64,000 bases of DNA from Verrucomicrobiota bacterium (GTDB lineage: Bacteria; Verrucomicrobiota; Verrucomicrobiia; Opitutales; Cerasicoccaceae): the NCBI GenBank assembly GCA_039818205.1, contig JBCBUK010000002.1:64001-128000 (forward strand), in the 5' to 3' direction. The notes beneath the pieces were generated by a model. That model ran no database searches and had not been told where the DNA came from. It was given only the letters and a program-made list of their open reading frames with translations. A program made the position numbers and the translations under genes. The first letter of the stretch is position 1. Each line of letters begins with the position of its first letter. Positions 10,048-18,316 of the stretch are shown here, in pieces.

Positions 10048-10139
10048 TCTGGAGTGTTGAAGGACGCGCCGCTAAAGGTCAACGGGGATTCCTCACTTCG
10101 CGCTAAACAAACCGAATTATTTCGGTCTGCGACGAAGCC

Positions 10140-10832
10140 TCAATTGAAGGTCATGTCCTTGAAGAGCCGGAGGCTGTCATCCCAATGCTCTTCCAACAAC
10201 TTGCTAATACTGATGGCACCGGTCAGGGCATTGATGTTTGCATCCTCGCGGCATTGGGCCTGGATGCGCTCCAACAGTCCTTCAAGTGCCACGCGAATCT
10301 CGCCCATGAATTGTTGAAAGCGGTTCCAGTTTACTGCGTGGGGATCGGGCTCCCCTGAGCTCAGTAGATGGTGCTGAATCAAGAATCCCGAGAAAAAACG
10401 AAATAGTAATTGTTCCACGTCCATACACAGGAAGTAGAAACCCTTGTCGGAGCTGGGATCAAAGAGATAGGGGCACTTGGCGCGGGTCACGAACTCAACG
10501 AGGAGGGCGAACACAACCATTTGCGCCGAACCGTGCAGGGAGAACTGGCCGTTTGGTCGGGTGATGATCAGCTCGACCTTTTCGAAGGAAACCACGGTTG
10601 CGAAGTTATCGATCAGCTCCGAAAGCGCGGCGGCTGCTGGGCAGTACGTGATGCGTTCCTCGCTCAATGGGCAATTATTGCATTGGTAGTAGGTTAGCAG
10701 AGTCCAATCCGGCAGGTTCTTCTCGTGCTGCCAATGTTCAGGGCTCACGCGCCGCGGTGTGTTTAGCTCAACTTTGCGGCCGTCTTCCAGTCGAATTTCG
10801 TAAGTAGGCATAGACTTGGGCATGTCTTCCAT
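10140..10832 (-). CDS. Cys-motif hypothetical protein (DUF6901-like)
   Basis: LPDWT-L-YQCNNCPL...YCPAA, CP motif, DANINAL near the C-terminus. Confidence 0.6.
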   Translation of the reverse strand: MEDMPKSMPTYEIRLEDGRKVELNTPRRVSPEHWQHEKNLPDWTLLTYYQCNNCPLSEERITYCPAAAALSELIDNFATVVSFEKVELIITRPNGQFSLHGSAQMVVFALLVEFVTRAKCPYLFDPSSDKGFYFLCMDVEQLLFRFFSGFLIQHHLLSSGEPDPHAVNWNRFQQFMGEIRVALEGLLERIQAQCREDANINALTGAISISKLLEEHWDDSLRLFKDMTFN

Positions 10833-10856
10833 AGGGCGACACTCAAAGGAGCGTGG

Positions 10857-11384
10857 TTAACGGAAAAGTTCATCCATCATCGTGCCGGACAGATCAGTAA
10901 TACGCCAGCCAAAGGTGGTGCCGAAGCGACAAAAGAGCGTCGGCGCTCGGGGAACGTGGTCCACTTTTAACGAAACCATGCTGGTCGGCTCATCACCGCG
11001 CTTGACGCGTGCTCGTTTGCCTGAGTAGCCAGCGAGGTTCGTGCCATCGCTGAGGCTAAAGGGAAAGCGCAGCTGCATCTGCATCAATTCAATAAAATCG
11101 TCGCGTCCGAGGTCGTCGGCACCTTGCCAATAACGTTCATACTCGAAGAAGCCGCGGGTGCGGCCTTGTTCGTCCTCGATGGTGAACTTGGCGCGCTTAT
11201 CAAACTCGCGCCACTGGGAGAGAACATCACGAAATTTTCGAAAAGCATCCTGTTGGTATTCGACCTGTTCAGGCTCGACTAACCGCAACCCCAAGCGTGG
11301 TTTCTCCATCGCTTCATTTAGGGCCTCAATGGTCCGGTCCAGATCAAATAGAGCCGGGCGGTTAGTGTCGTTCATGGTGATCAC
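10857..11384 (-). CDS. Hypothetical protein
   Basis: 175-aa ORF co-oriented with its neighbours; no motif recognised. Confidence 0.6.
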   Translation of the reverse strand: MITMNDTNRPALFDLDRTIEALNEAMEKPRLGLRLVEPEQVEYQQDAFRKFRDVLSQWREFDKRAKFTIEDEQGRTRGFFEYERYWQGADDLGRDDFIELMQMQLRFPFSLSDGTNLAGYSGKRARVKRGDEPTSMVSLKVDHVPRAPTLFCRFGTTFGWRITDLSGTMMDELFR

Positions 11385-11485
11385 GCGCCTACAGTGTTGC
11401 TTATCGAGCGGTCGCCGGTCAACCGTAGATTGTTTTCTTATTGAGCCGGCTAGCCCTTTGGCTAAAGCGAGTTTGCTGGTTTCGC

Positions 11486-11914
11486 CTAGTTGTTGCCCTG
11501 GACTGTTTCGTCTTGTTGCCCGAGTCGGCGGTTTTTGGGCTCGAATGGCAATAGAAACGCTTCGCGGAAATCGTATCCGTTGGCAAAATCCTCGGGTTGA
11601 TCATTCTCGGTCTTTCCGAGGACGCCCCATTCGACGAGGTTGAACACGATATCCCCGAAATCCTCACATTTGCGCAGACCCCAATGAGTGAGCAACGTAT
11701 AGGCGAGGGGGCCATACTGATCGAGTGCGTAATCTCGGATGCCGGAAAGTAGCTCCTGACCTGTCACGTGCCGGGTTTCGATCTCGGGATCGTCCTTGAG
11801 CTGCTTGATCGTGTGATCTAGCCCAAGCCTAACGAAATGGTAGGCACCGGCATCGTAGCGGGGGTCTTCCTTGCGGATTAGTGACACGACTTCATTGAAA
11901 TCTTTTTCTGGCAT
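11486..11914 (-). CDS. Minf_1886-family Verrucomicrobia/Planctomycetes-restricted protein
   Basis: DPRY-AY-FV-L, RHVTGQELL-G, WG-EDFGDIVFNLV, D-EDF motifs; ATG at 11914. Confidence 0.85.
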   Translation of the reverse strand: MPEKDFNEVVSLIRKEDPRYDAGAYHFVRLGLDHTIKQLKDDPEIETRHVTGQELLSGIRDYALDQYGPLAYTLLTHWGLRKCEDFGDIVFNLVEWGVLGKTENDQPEDFANGYDFREAFLLPFEPKNRRLGQQDETVQGNN

Positions 11915-12094
11915 CGCTTCACATTCTGAGAATCTGAGGTCTGGGGTCAAGACCGCGTGGTTCTGGGCTCAATACGGCTTTGATCGTTCGTTTGTGCGTA
12001 AATCGCGTTGGTTCATCGGTGAGTTCTGTTCCCATACTATACAAAGTAAGTATTCCTGGTTGCAAAAGCGCTCGAAGTAGCTCTACTGCATTAC

Positions 12095-12313
12095 ATGCTC
12101 AAGTATGTGACCGCTTTTCTCTCGTTAGCTTTGCCGAGCTTGGCCTTTGCCCACGGTGACAATGACCTTTCCCACGGTGCTGCACACTGGCTGACCAGCC
12201 TCAATCACTTTGCTGGGATGTTGGTTTTGGCGGTGATTGTTGGGGTTGGCATTTGGTGGGTCACTCGCCCGAAGCAGAAGCCAGATATGCAGCGAGTGCG
12301 CAATCGCGATTGA
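12095..12313 (+). CDS. Small His-rich membrane protein resembling the HupE/UreJ N-terminus
   Basis: Signal peptide AFA|HG, then SHGAAHWLTSLNH, one TM helix and a basic tail. Confidence 0.6.
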   Translation: MLKYVTAFLSLALPSLAFAHGDNDLSHGAAHWLTSLNHFAGMLVLAVIVGVGIWWVTRPKQKPDMQRVRNRD

Positions 12314-12411
12314 GCCATCTGAGCGAACAATCAGTGGTCGACGTAGACGCCAGCTTCAGGTGCCTTCTGGCGCAACACGCTCGGACCAATAATTCCCAGC
12401 ACTAGCTCTTG

Positions 12412-13266
12412 ATGTCTCCGCTAGTGTTGTTTCCCGCTGCGCTTGCAGCTTCGTTCTACGCAGTCGGATCGCTTGGTATCAAGCGCTCGCTTGAGAACGG
12501 AGCAGCGACTCGCCGGGCGATTGCAGTGACAAACATTGCCATGGCTCTTTGGTCGCTGCCACTGTTCTTCTTCGCCAAGTTGGATGCCTTCGAGCTGGTT
12601 TCCTGGCTAACGGCGATTGGGGCGGGGGTCGCACTTTTCCTTGGAAGGATTTTGGCAGTTAAGGCCCTGGAAAATGGCGACCTGTCGATTGTTGGCCCGC
12701 TCCTTGGGATGAAGACGCTGCTCGTGGCCGTAATCTCGGTGATTACGGGACAAACCGTCGTGACTCCATGGATCTGGGTGTCCGTAGTTTTGGCTTCGAT
12801 TGGGGTGATTGCGCTTCAACGGGGACCACGGTCACGGGCCCGCAATCGCCGCGTTGCTGCCATGTATGCGGCTGGAGCGAGCGTCCTTTTTTCCGGTTGC
12901 GATATCCTCATCGTCGAAGCCCGTGGCCAATTGGGTATTGGGTGGTTGTCGCCGACTTTGTTCCTGACCGTTGCGCTTCTCGTGCCGACCTTGGGTAAGC
13001 TTCCCAAGCCGCCGCCCGAAGCAGAGAAGCCCATGTACTTCGGAGCGGTCGTCATGGGGTTTCAAACGTTCTTGGTGGTGTCCTTAATTGGGCTTACCGG
13101 TCAGGCGGTGTTGATCAATATCGTTTACTGTACCCGTGCACTTTGGACCGTGGTTGTCGATCGGGTTGCTGGTCGTGGTGAAGGGGTTCAGCAATTCTTT
13201 GCGATTCGTATGGCTGGTGCAGCCTGCCTTGTCGCAGCGGTGGTCATTGTGATCCTTACGCGATAA
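12412..13266 (+). CDS. DMT/EamA family transporter
   Basis: About ten TM segments; ALENGDLSIVGPL motif. Confidence 0.75.
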   Translation: MSPLVLFPAALAASFYAVGSLGIKRSLENGAATRRAIAVTNIAMALWSLPLFFFAKLDAFELVSWLTAIGAGVALFLGRILAVKALENGDLSIVGPLLGMKTLLVAVISVITGQTVVTPWIWVSVVLASIGVIALQRGPRSRARNRRVAAMYAAGASVLFSGCDILIVEARGQLGIGWLSPTLFLTVALLVPTLGKLPKPPPEAEKPMYFGAVVMGFQTFLVVSLIGLTGQAVLINIVYCTRALWTVVVDRVAGRGEGVQQFFAIRMAGAACLVAAVVIVILTR

Positions 13267-13345
13267 CTCGGTCGCAAGGTTTATCCTGTCGACACGACTG
13301 AGGGCATTTGCAACCATAACATTATCCTGAACCTGATTTTGACCC

Positions 13346-14731
13346 ATGCCAAATCACTACGAATTTCTTGTTATTGGCGGCGGGAGCGGCGGTTACGCAG
13401 CAGCCCGGACGGCTCGTGAATACACAGAGAGTGTTGCCATTGTTGATGGTAGCGAAACCCTAGGCGGTCTCTGCATCTTGCGGGGTTGTATGCCCTCGAA
13501 GACGTTAATCTACTCGGCCGAAGTGCTTCACCTTGCACAAAAGGGCAAATTGTTTGGCCTAGATATCGAGTCTGCCAAGGTCGACATGCCTGCGCTTCAC
13601 CAACGCAAGTTGGCGACCATTGGCGACTTCGCAGAGTATCGTCAGGAGCAATTGGAAAGCGACCGATTCACGCTTTACCGAAGCCAGGCGACATTCACAG
13701 GGCTACAAGAAGTTACCCTTGCGGACGGCACGGTATTGACGGCCGACAAGATCATCGTGTCGACCGGTTCGTCAGTTAACTTTCCACCGATTCCTGGGCT
13801 TGATAGTGTTCCGGTTTGGACCAGCGATGATATCCTCGATTTGGATTTCGTTCCAGAGTCCGTTATTGTTCTTGGCGGTGGGATCGTTGCCTGCGAATTG
13901 TCCCAGTTTTTGAACCGCGTTGGAGCCAGGGTGACACAAATTCAACGGAGCCCACACATCCTTAAAGAAGTTTCGGATGAGGCCGCACAGGTTATCGAAA
14001 CCGTTTTCGAAGAAGAAGGCATCGAGCTCATCACAGAGACAGCCTTACAGCAGATCGAAAAAACTGAAGATGGCGTTCGGGTTACTTTTACCCACAAGGG
14101 CGAAACTGTTGTCAAGGAAGCCAAGCATTTGTTCAACGCTCTCGGGCGTAAACCTAATACCGCAACGCTTGGTATTGAAAACGCTGGGCTGGAAACTCGG
14201 CGCAGTGGGCACCTGGTGACGAACGAGTTTCAACAAACCACCAATCCCAACGTTTACGCCGCTGGCGATGTCGCAGGTCCTCACGAAATCGTGCACATCG
14301 CGATTATGCAAGGTGAGCTTGCGGCGAATCACGCCTTCGGTAAGTCGGTTGAACCGGTTGATTATGATACGCTCTTGGGGGTCGTTTTTACCGATCCGCA
14401 AATCGGCCACGTCGGCCTAACTGAGAAGCAGATGGATGAACGTGGTATCGACTACGTGACGGCGGACTATCCGTTTGATGACCATGGAAAATCAATCCTG
14501 ATGGAGGCCAAGCATGGCTATGTCAAGGTGTGGGCTGAGAAGCCGACGGGTAAGGTTCTTGCGGCAGAGACGGTGGGCAAAGACGCATCGGAGTTGATTC
14601 ACTCGTTGGCCGTTGGCGTCAGCCTGGGAGCCACCTTGGAACAGCTGCTCAAAGTTCATTGGTATCACCCGACCTTGAGCGAAATTTGGTCCTATCCGCT
14701 GGAGGACTGCATAGATGAGATCAAAGGATAA
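13346..14731 (+). CDS. Dihydrolipoamide dehydrogenase-family flavoprotein disulfide reductase
   Basis: GGGSGG FAD motif, GGLCILRGCMPSK redox disulfide, YAAGD, C-terminal HPTLSE. Confidence 0.9.
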   Translation: MPNHYEFLVIGGGSGGYAAARTAREYTESVAIVDGSETLGGLCILRGCMPSKTLIYSAEVLHLAQKGKLFGLDIESAKVDMPALHQRKLATIGDFAEYRQEQLESDRFTLYRSQATFTGLQEVTLADGTVLTADKIIVSTGSSVNFPPIPGLDSVPVWTSDDILDLDFVPESVIVLGGGIVACELSQFLNRVGARVTQIQRSPHILKEVSDEAAQVIETVFEEEGIELITETALQQIEKTEDGVRVTFTHKGETVVKEAKHLFNALGRKPNTATLGIENAGLETRRSGHLVTNEFQQTTNPNVYAAGDVAGPHEIVHIAIMQGELAANHAFGKSVEPVDYDTLLGVVFTDPQIGHVGLTEKQMDERGIDYVTADYPFDDHGKSILMEAKHGYVKVWAEKPTGKVLAAETVGKDASELIHSLAVGVSLGATLEQLLKVHWYHPTLSEIWSYPLEDCIDEIKG

Positions 14732-14749
14732 CGCGAACCGGTTTAGGTC

Positions 14750-15169
14750 ATGAAACAAACACCCATTTCGGCATTCGAAGAGACTCGTGGTATGACTTAC
14801 TTCCCCCGCATGTTGGATAAGATCCGCAAGCATGCGAATGGGGAGCTACGGGAGGACTTTCATGGCCACTTGAGTAAGAGACTGGATATGCGTATCTGCC
14901 GCTATCTGCGTGTCAGCTATAATGATGTTTGCGCACGAGTCGCCGACGGTTTTTCCGATGATGAGGTCCTAACTTGGTGCTTCGAAAATGGTCGGGCACT
15001 TGACGATCACGACATCTACATCTGGAACGAATTTAGCCGCAAGATCGGCTGGAGTGATGGTGCATCAGAGATGCTTGTTCAGCGCAAGGTCGATTCAAAT
15101 CTCGCCGAGCGGGATGACATTCAGACGATGTATGATTACTTTGAGTATGACGAAGACCGGAAGACCTGA
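14750..15169 (+). CDS. DUF5069-like protein
   Basis: G-YFPRMLDKIR-A-GEL, WNEF--K-GW-D, D-DE-R terminus. Confidence 0.75.
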   Translation: MKQTPISAFEETRGMTYFPRMLDKIRKHANGELREDFHGHLSKRLDMRICRYLRVSYNDVCARVADGFSDDEVLTWCFENGRALDDHDIYIWNEFSRKIGWSDGASEMLVQRKVDSNLAERDDIQTMYDYFEYDEDRKT

Positions 15170-15195
15170 GGTTTTCCGATCTACTATTGCTCGCC

Positions 15196-16539
15196 ATGTC
15201 TGACAAAAGCGTCCTTTCGATTCCCAACATCCGGTGGTTTATTGCCTTTCGGGTATTCTTTAACGCACGCTTTTATTACCCGATCTTCCTGATCCTCTTT
15301 TTGGATATGGGCCTGACCATGCAGCACTTCTTCGTGCTGAATGTTCTATGGGCTGTGTCTATTGTTTTGCTGGAGGTTCCGTCGGGTGCATTTGCCGATA
15401 CCTTTGGCCGGGCGAATTTAATCCGGCTTGCGGGCATCTGCATGGTCATTGAGATGTTGATTCTCGTCTTCGTTCCGATGGGGACGGTTTGGATTCTGCT
15501 CCTTGCCTTCGGGGCGAATCGAGTTATCAGCGGTCTGGCGGAAGCCCTTGCCAGTGGTGCGGATGAAGCGTTGGCCTATGACACGCTTAAAAACATGAAA
15601 CGGGAAGGGGATTGGCCCAAGGTGCTTGATCTCCTGATGCGACTTCAGTCAGTCGGTTTTTTGTTGGCAATGCTGGTTGGCGCGGCGGTCTATGATCATG
15701 AATTTTTGAACGCCTGCTTTCAAACGATTGGGCTTGGGTGGACCGTGCCGGAAGAAGTTGCCATTCGGCTCCCCATTGCGCTAACGCTCATCACCTCGGG
15801 TGTTGCCTTGTTTGCTGCCTGGAGTCTGGTTGAGCCGGCTCCCTGCGAGCACGATGACGACGAACCGCATCCCAAAAACGCGACAGCTGCGTTCAAGCTC
15901 GTTTTTGATACCGGTCGGTGGATCCTACACACCAACATTGTTCTGATCCTCATCGTGGCTGCGGTTTGTTTCGATAGTTTAGTCCGTGTGGGTTTGACGA
16001 TAGGCAGCGAGTACTACCGGCTAATTGGCCTTCCCGAGGCAGCGCTCGGCATTATGGGTGCCGTCGGAGGGCTCATGGGCTTGGTGATTCCGATCATTGC
16101 CCGCAAGCTCGTCGAGACCCGTTCAGCGGTCTTCAATTTCAGCCTGTTGGCAGGATTAATTTTCGTCAGTCTGCTCGGTCAGTCTCAGTTTTGGCAGTTC
16201 TGGGGAGTGATTCCCGCAATTGGAGTCGGGATAAGTATGTCGTTCCTGGGCTTCTTTATGAGCCATTATCTCAACCGGGCGGTGACGGACTCGCGGCGCC
16301 GGGCAACGGTGCTTAGCTTCCGCAGCCTGGCAAACAACATCGCCTATGGCCTTGCGGGGATGGTCTTTTTTGGGCTGACCGCTGGATTTGGGCGAGGCGA
16401 AGCCAATTCTGACTTAGATGCGGCGCAAAATGATCAAGTCTTTTATCAACTGCTGCAGTCGATGCCGTGGCTGTTTGTATTGCTCATGCTTTTTTTGGCC
16501 TGGTTTGCAAAAAAACACCACCGAGTCTCCAGTCTCTAA
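15196..16539 (+). CDS. MFS transporter
   Basis: LEVPSGAFAD-FGR, SGADEALAYDTL, RATVLS; about 12 TM segments. Confidence 0.9.
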   Translation: MSDKSVLSIPNIRWFIAFRVFFNARFYYPIFLILFLDMGLTMQHFFVLNVLWAVSIVLLEVPSGAFADTFGRANLIRLAGICMVIEMLILVFVPMGTVWILLLAFGANRVISGLAEALASGADEALAYDTLKNMKREGDWPKVLDLLMRLQSVGFLLAMLVGAAVYDHEFLNACFQTIGLGWTVPEEVAIRLPIALTLITSGVALFAAWSLVEPAPCEHDDDEPHPKNATAAFKLVFDTGRWILHTNIVLILIVAAVCFDSLVRVGLTIGSEYYRLIGLPEAALGIMGAVGGLMGLVIPIIARKLVETRSAVFNFSLLAGLIFVSLLGQSQFWQFWGVIPAIGVGISMSFLGFFMSHYLNRAVTDSRRRATVLSFRSLANNIAYGLAGMVFFGLTAGFGRGEANSDLDAAQNDQVFYQLLQSMPWLFVLLMLFLAWFAKKHHRVSSL

Positions 16540-16614
16540 CCTACCTTAATTAAGGGGTTCATGATAGCTGATTTCCATTGCATCTTAATCTAAAAGGCCA
16601 ACAATGCTTTAACC

Positions 16615-17265
16615 ATGAAGCGTGTATACGTCGTTGAAGACCAAACGATTCTGCGGGATTTGATAATCCGCTTGCTCGAGTCCTACCCTGATATTGAGAT
16701 TGCTGGTTCAACTGGTGACGGCCAATTGGCGGTTACCGAAATCGAGAAAATACTCCCCGATATTCTCATTTTAGATATTATGTTGCCCAATCTGAATGGG
16801 GTCGAACTACTTCGGCAGATTCGCAAAGGTCAGCATAAACCGCGCGTGCTGGTTTTCTCGGCTTTTCCGAGTAAAAGCACCGTTAAAAAGTTGCTTGAAG
16901 CCGGGATAGACGGCTTCGTCGAGAAGGACGCCAATCTGTCAGACCTGGAAGTTGCCGTCGAGAAGATCGTGGCTGGTCAGACGCATTTTGGGCTCCGGAT
17001 CGTCGACATCATGCGGGAAATCATGGTGAATCCAAATTCGAGCGATTCACTCGAAGAGCTCACCCCGCGGGAGCGTCAAATTCTACAACTCATCGCGGAA
17101 AGCTGCACGAGCAAAGAGATTGCGAGCAAATTGGACATCTCCGTAAAGACGGCAGACACCCACCGAGCGAATTTGATGAAGAAACTCGACGTCCACGATG
17201 TTGCTGGGCTTACCCGTCAGGCGATTGCCTTCGGATTGATCGATCCGCCCAAGAATATTGACTAG
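16615..17265 (+). CDS. NarL/LuxR-family response regulator
   Basis: REC domain (VEDQ, LDIMLP, VEK) plus LTPRERQILQLIAE...KTADTHRANLMKKL HTH. Confidence 0.95.
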   Translation: MKRVYVVEDQTILRDLIIRLLESYPDIEIAGSTGDGQLAVTEIEKILPDILILDIMLPNLNGVELLRQIRKGQHKPRVLVFSAFPSKSTVKKLLEAGIDGFVEKDANLSDLEVAVEKIVAGQTHFGLRIVDIMREIMVNPNSSDSLEELTPRERQILQLIAESCTSKEIASKLDISVKTADTHRANLMKKLDVHDVAGLTRQAIAFGLIDPPKNID

Positions 17266-17352
17266 TTCCGCCCTTTGGGACGCTTCAATACGGATCCACG
17301 CTTCTCATTTTTCCTTTTGCCCTCAGTGCGGTTTTAGGTCAATCTTCGCGCC

Positions 17353-18225
17353 ATGTCCTGCCAGTTCCGTTACTTTCGTCTCGCTACCACCATCACACTG
17401 CTGGGTTTGCTCACCGTTACCACCGGATTCCGTAAGGTTGCCTACAAGTCTGGGCCGGAAATTATGGAAGAGGTGGCCAACCGGCACACGGCAGACACCG
17501 AGCTCGAATTGATCAAGCTTGTGGTGGTCGATGAGGAAGGAAATACCCAGGTTCGCGAAATGTTGAGCGTGTTCAGCCAGGACGACCACGGTGACGCGAG
17601 CTACATGATCCGCTTCCTCTCGCCGGCGGATGTAAAGGGGATCACCCTGTTGACGAATGATGCTAAGTCAGAGGAGCCTGAACAATGGTTCTATATGCCC
17701 GCTTTGGGACAGGCTCGCAAGATCGCGGGTGATAACCGCGGCGGCTACTTTATGGGCTCGGATTTTACATTCGAAGATCTGCGTAAGGAAAATACTCAAG
17801 AGCACTCCTACCATCGATTGCAGGATGACAAGGTGAACGGTAAGGACGTCTATGTGGTCATGGCGGCGCCGGCCAATGTGGATGTCCAAAGCGCCACTGG
17901 GTATGCGAACCGTCTGCTTTACGTTGATAAGGGCACGTTCAATGTTTTGCGCGTTGAATTCTACGAGGAAGACAGCAAGGAACCTTTGAAAATCTTGGAG
18001 GCGGACGAATATGAGGAGGTCGAAGTCGATGTGGATGCCGATCGCCCTCAACGCATTCGCATGAAGAACAAGGAAACGGGAACCTATTCGGTGATGACCC
18101 TGATGAAGTCTCGCCTGAATGTACCCGTGGATGAAACCGTTTTCGATCCGGATACCCTGGCCAAATGGACGCCTGACAGTGATGAGCCACTATTGGCTTA
18201 TTTTGATAAGGATTCGTCTAAATAG
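17353..18225 (+). CDS. Outer-membrane lipoprotein-sorting (LolA-like) protein
   Basis: RFLSPADVKG, QWFYMPAL, FMGSDFTFEDL motifs; N-terminal hydrophobic segment. Confidence 0.85.
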   Translation: MSCQFRYFRLATTITLLGLLTVTTGFRKVAYKSGPEIMEEVANRHTADTELELIKLVVVDEEGNTQVREMLSVFSQDDHGDASYMIRFLSPADVKGITLLTNDAKSEEPEQWFYMPALGQARKIAGDNRGGYFMGSDFTFEDLRKENTQEHSYHRLQDDKVNGKDVYVVMAAPANVDVQSATGYANRLLYVDKGTFNVLRVEFYEEDSKEPLKILEADEYEEVEVDVDADRPQRIRMKNKETGTYSVMTLMKSRLNVPVDETVFDPDTLAKWTPDSDEPLLAYFDKDSSK

Positions 18226-18316
18226 ATCAGCATCCGGTCTCGGAGCTTGCTCACTGGAACTCAACCCTTTACGGATTGAGGTTCTACAACCGGTTCGGCT
18301 GTAATCTATTGCCTAG

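Noticed and set aside
12314..12408. Riboswitch upstream of the DMT transporter
   Set aside because: Some pairing (CGCCAG/CTGGCG, TGAGCG/CGCTCG) but no match to a guanidine or other aptamer consensus I can recognise
13346..14731. Mercuric reductase (merA) call
   Set aside because: No C-terminal Cys-Cys pair, no NmerA domain and no mer genes nearby; HPTLSE is lipoamide-dehydrogenase-like
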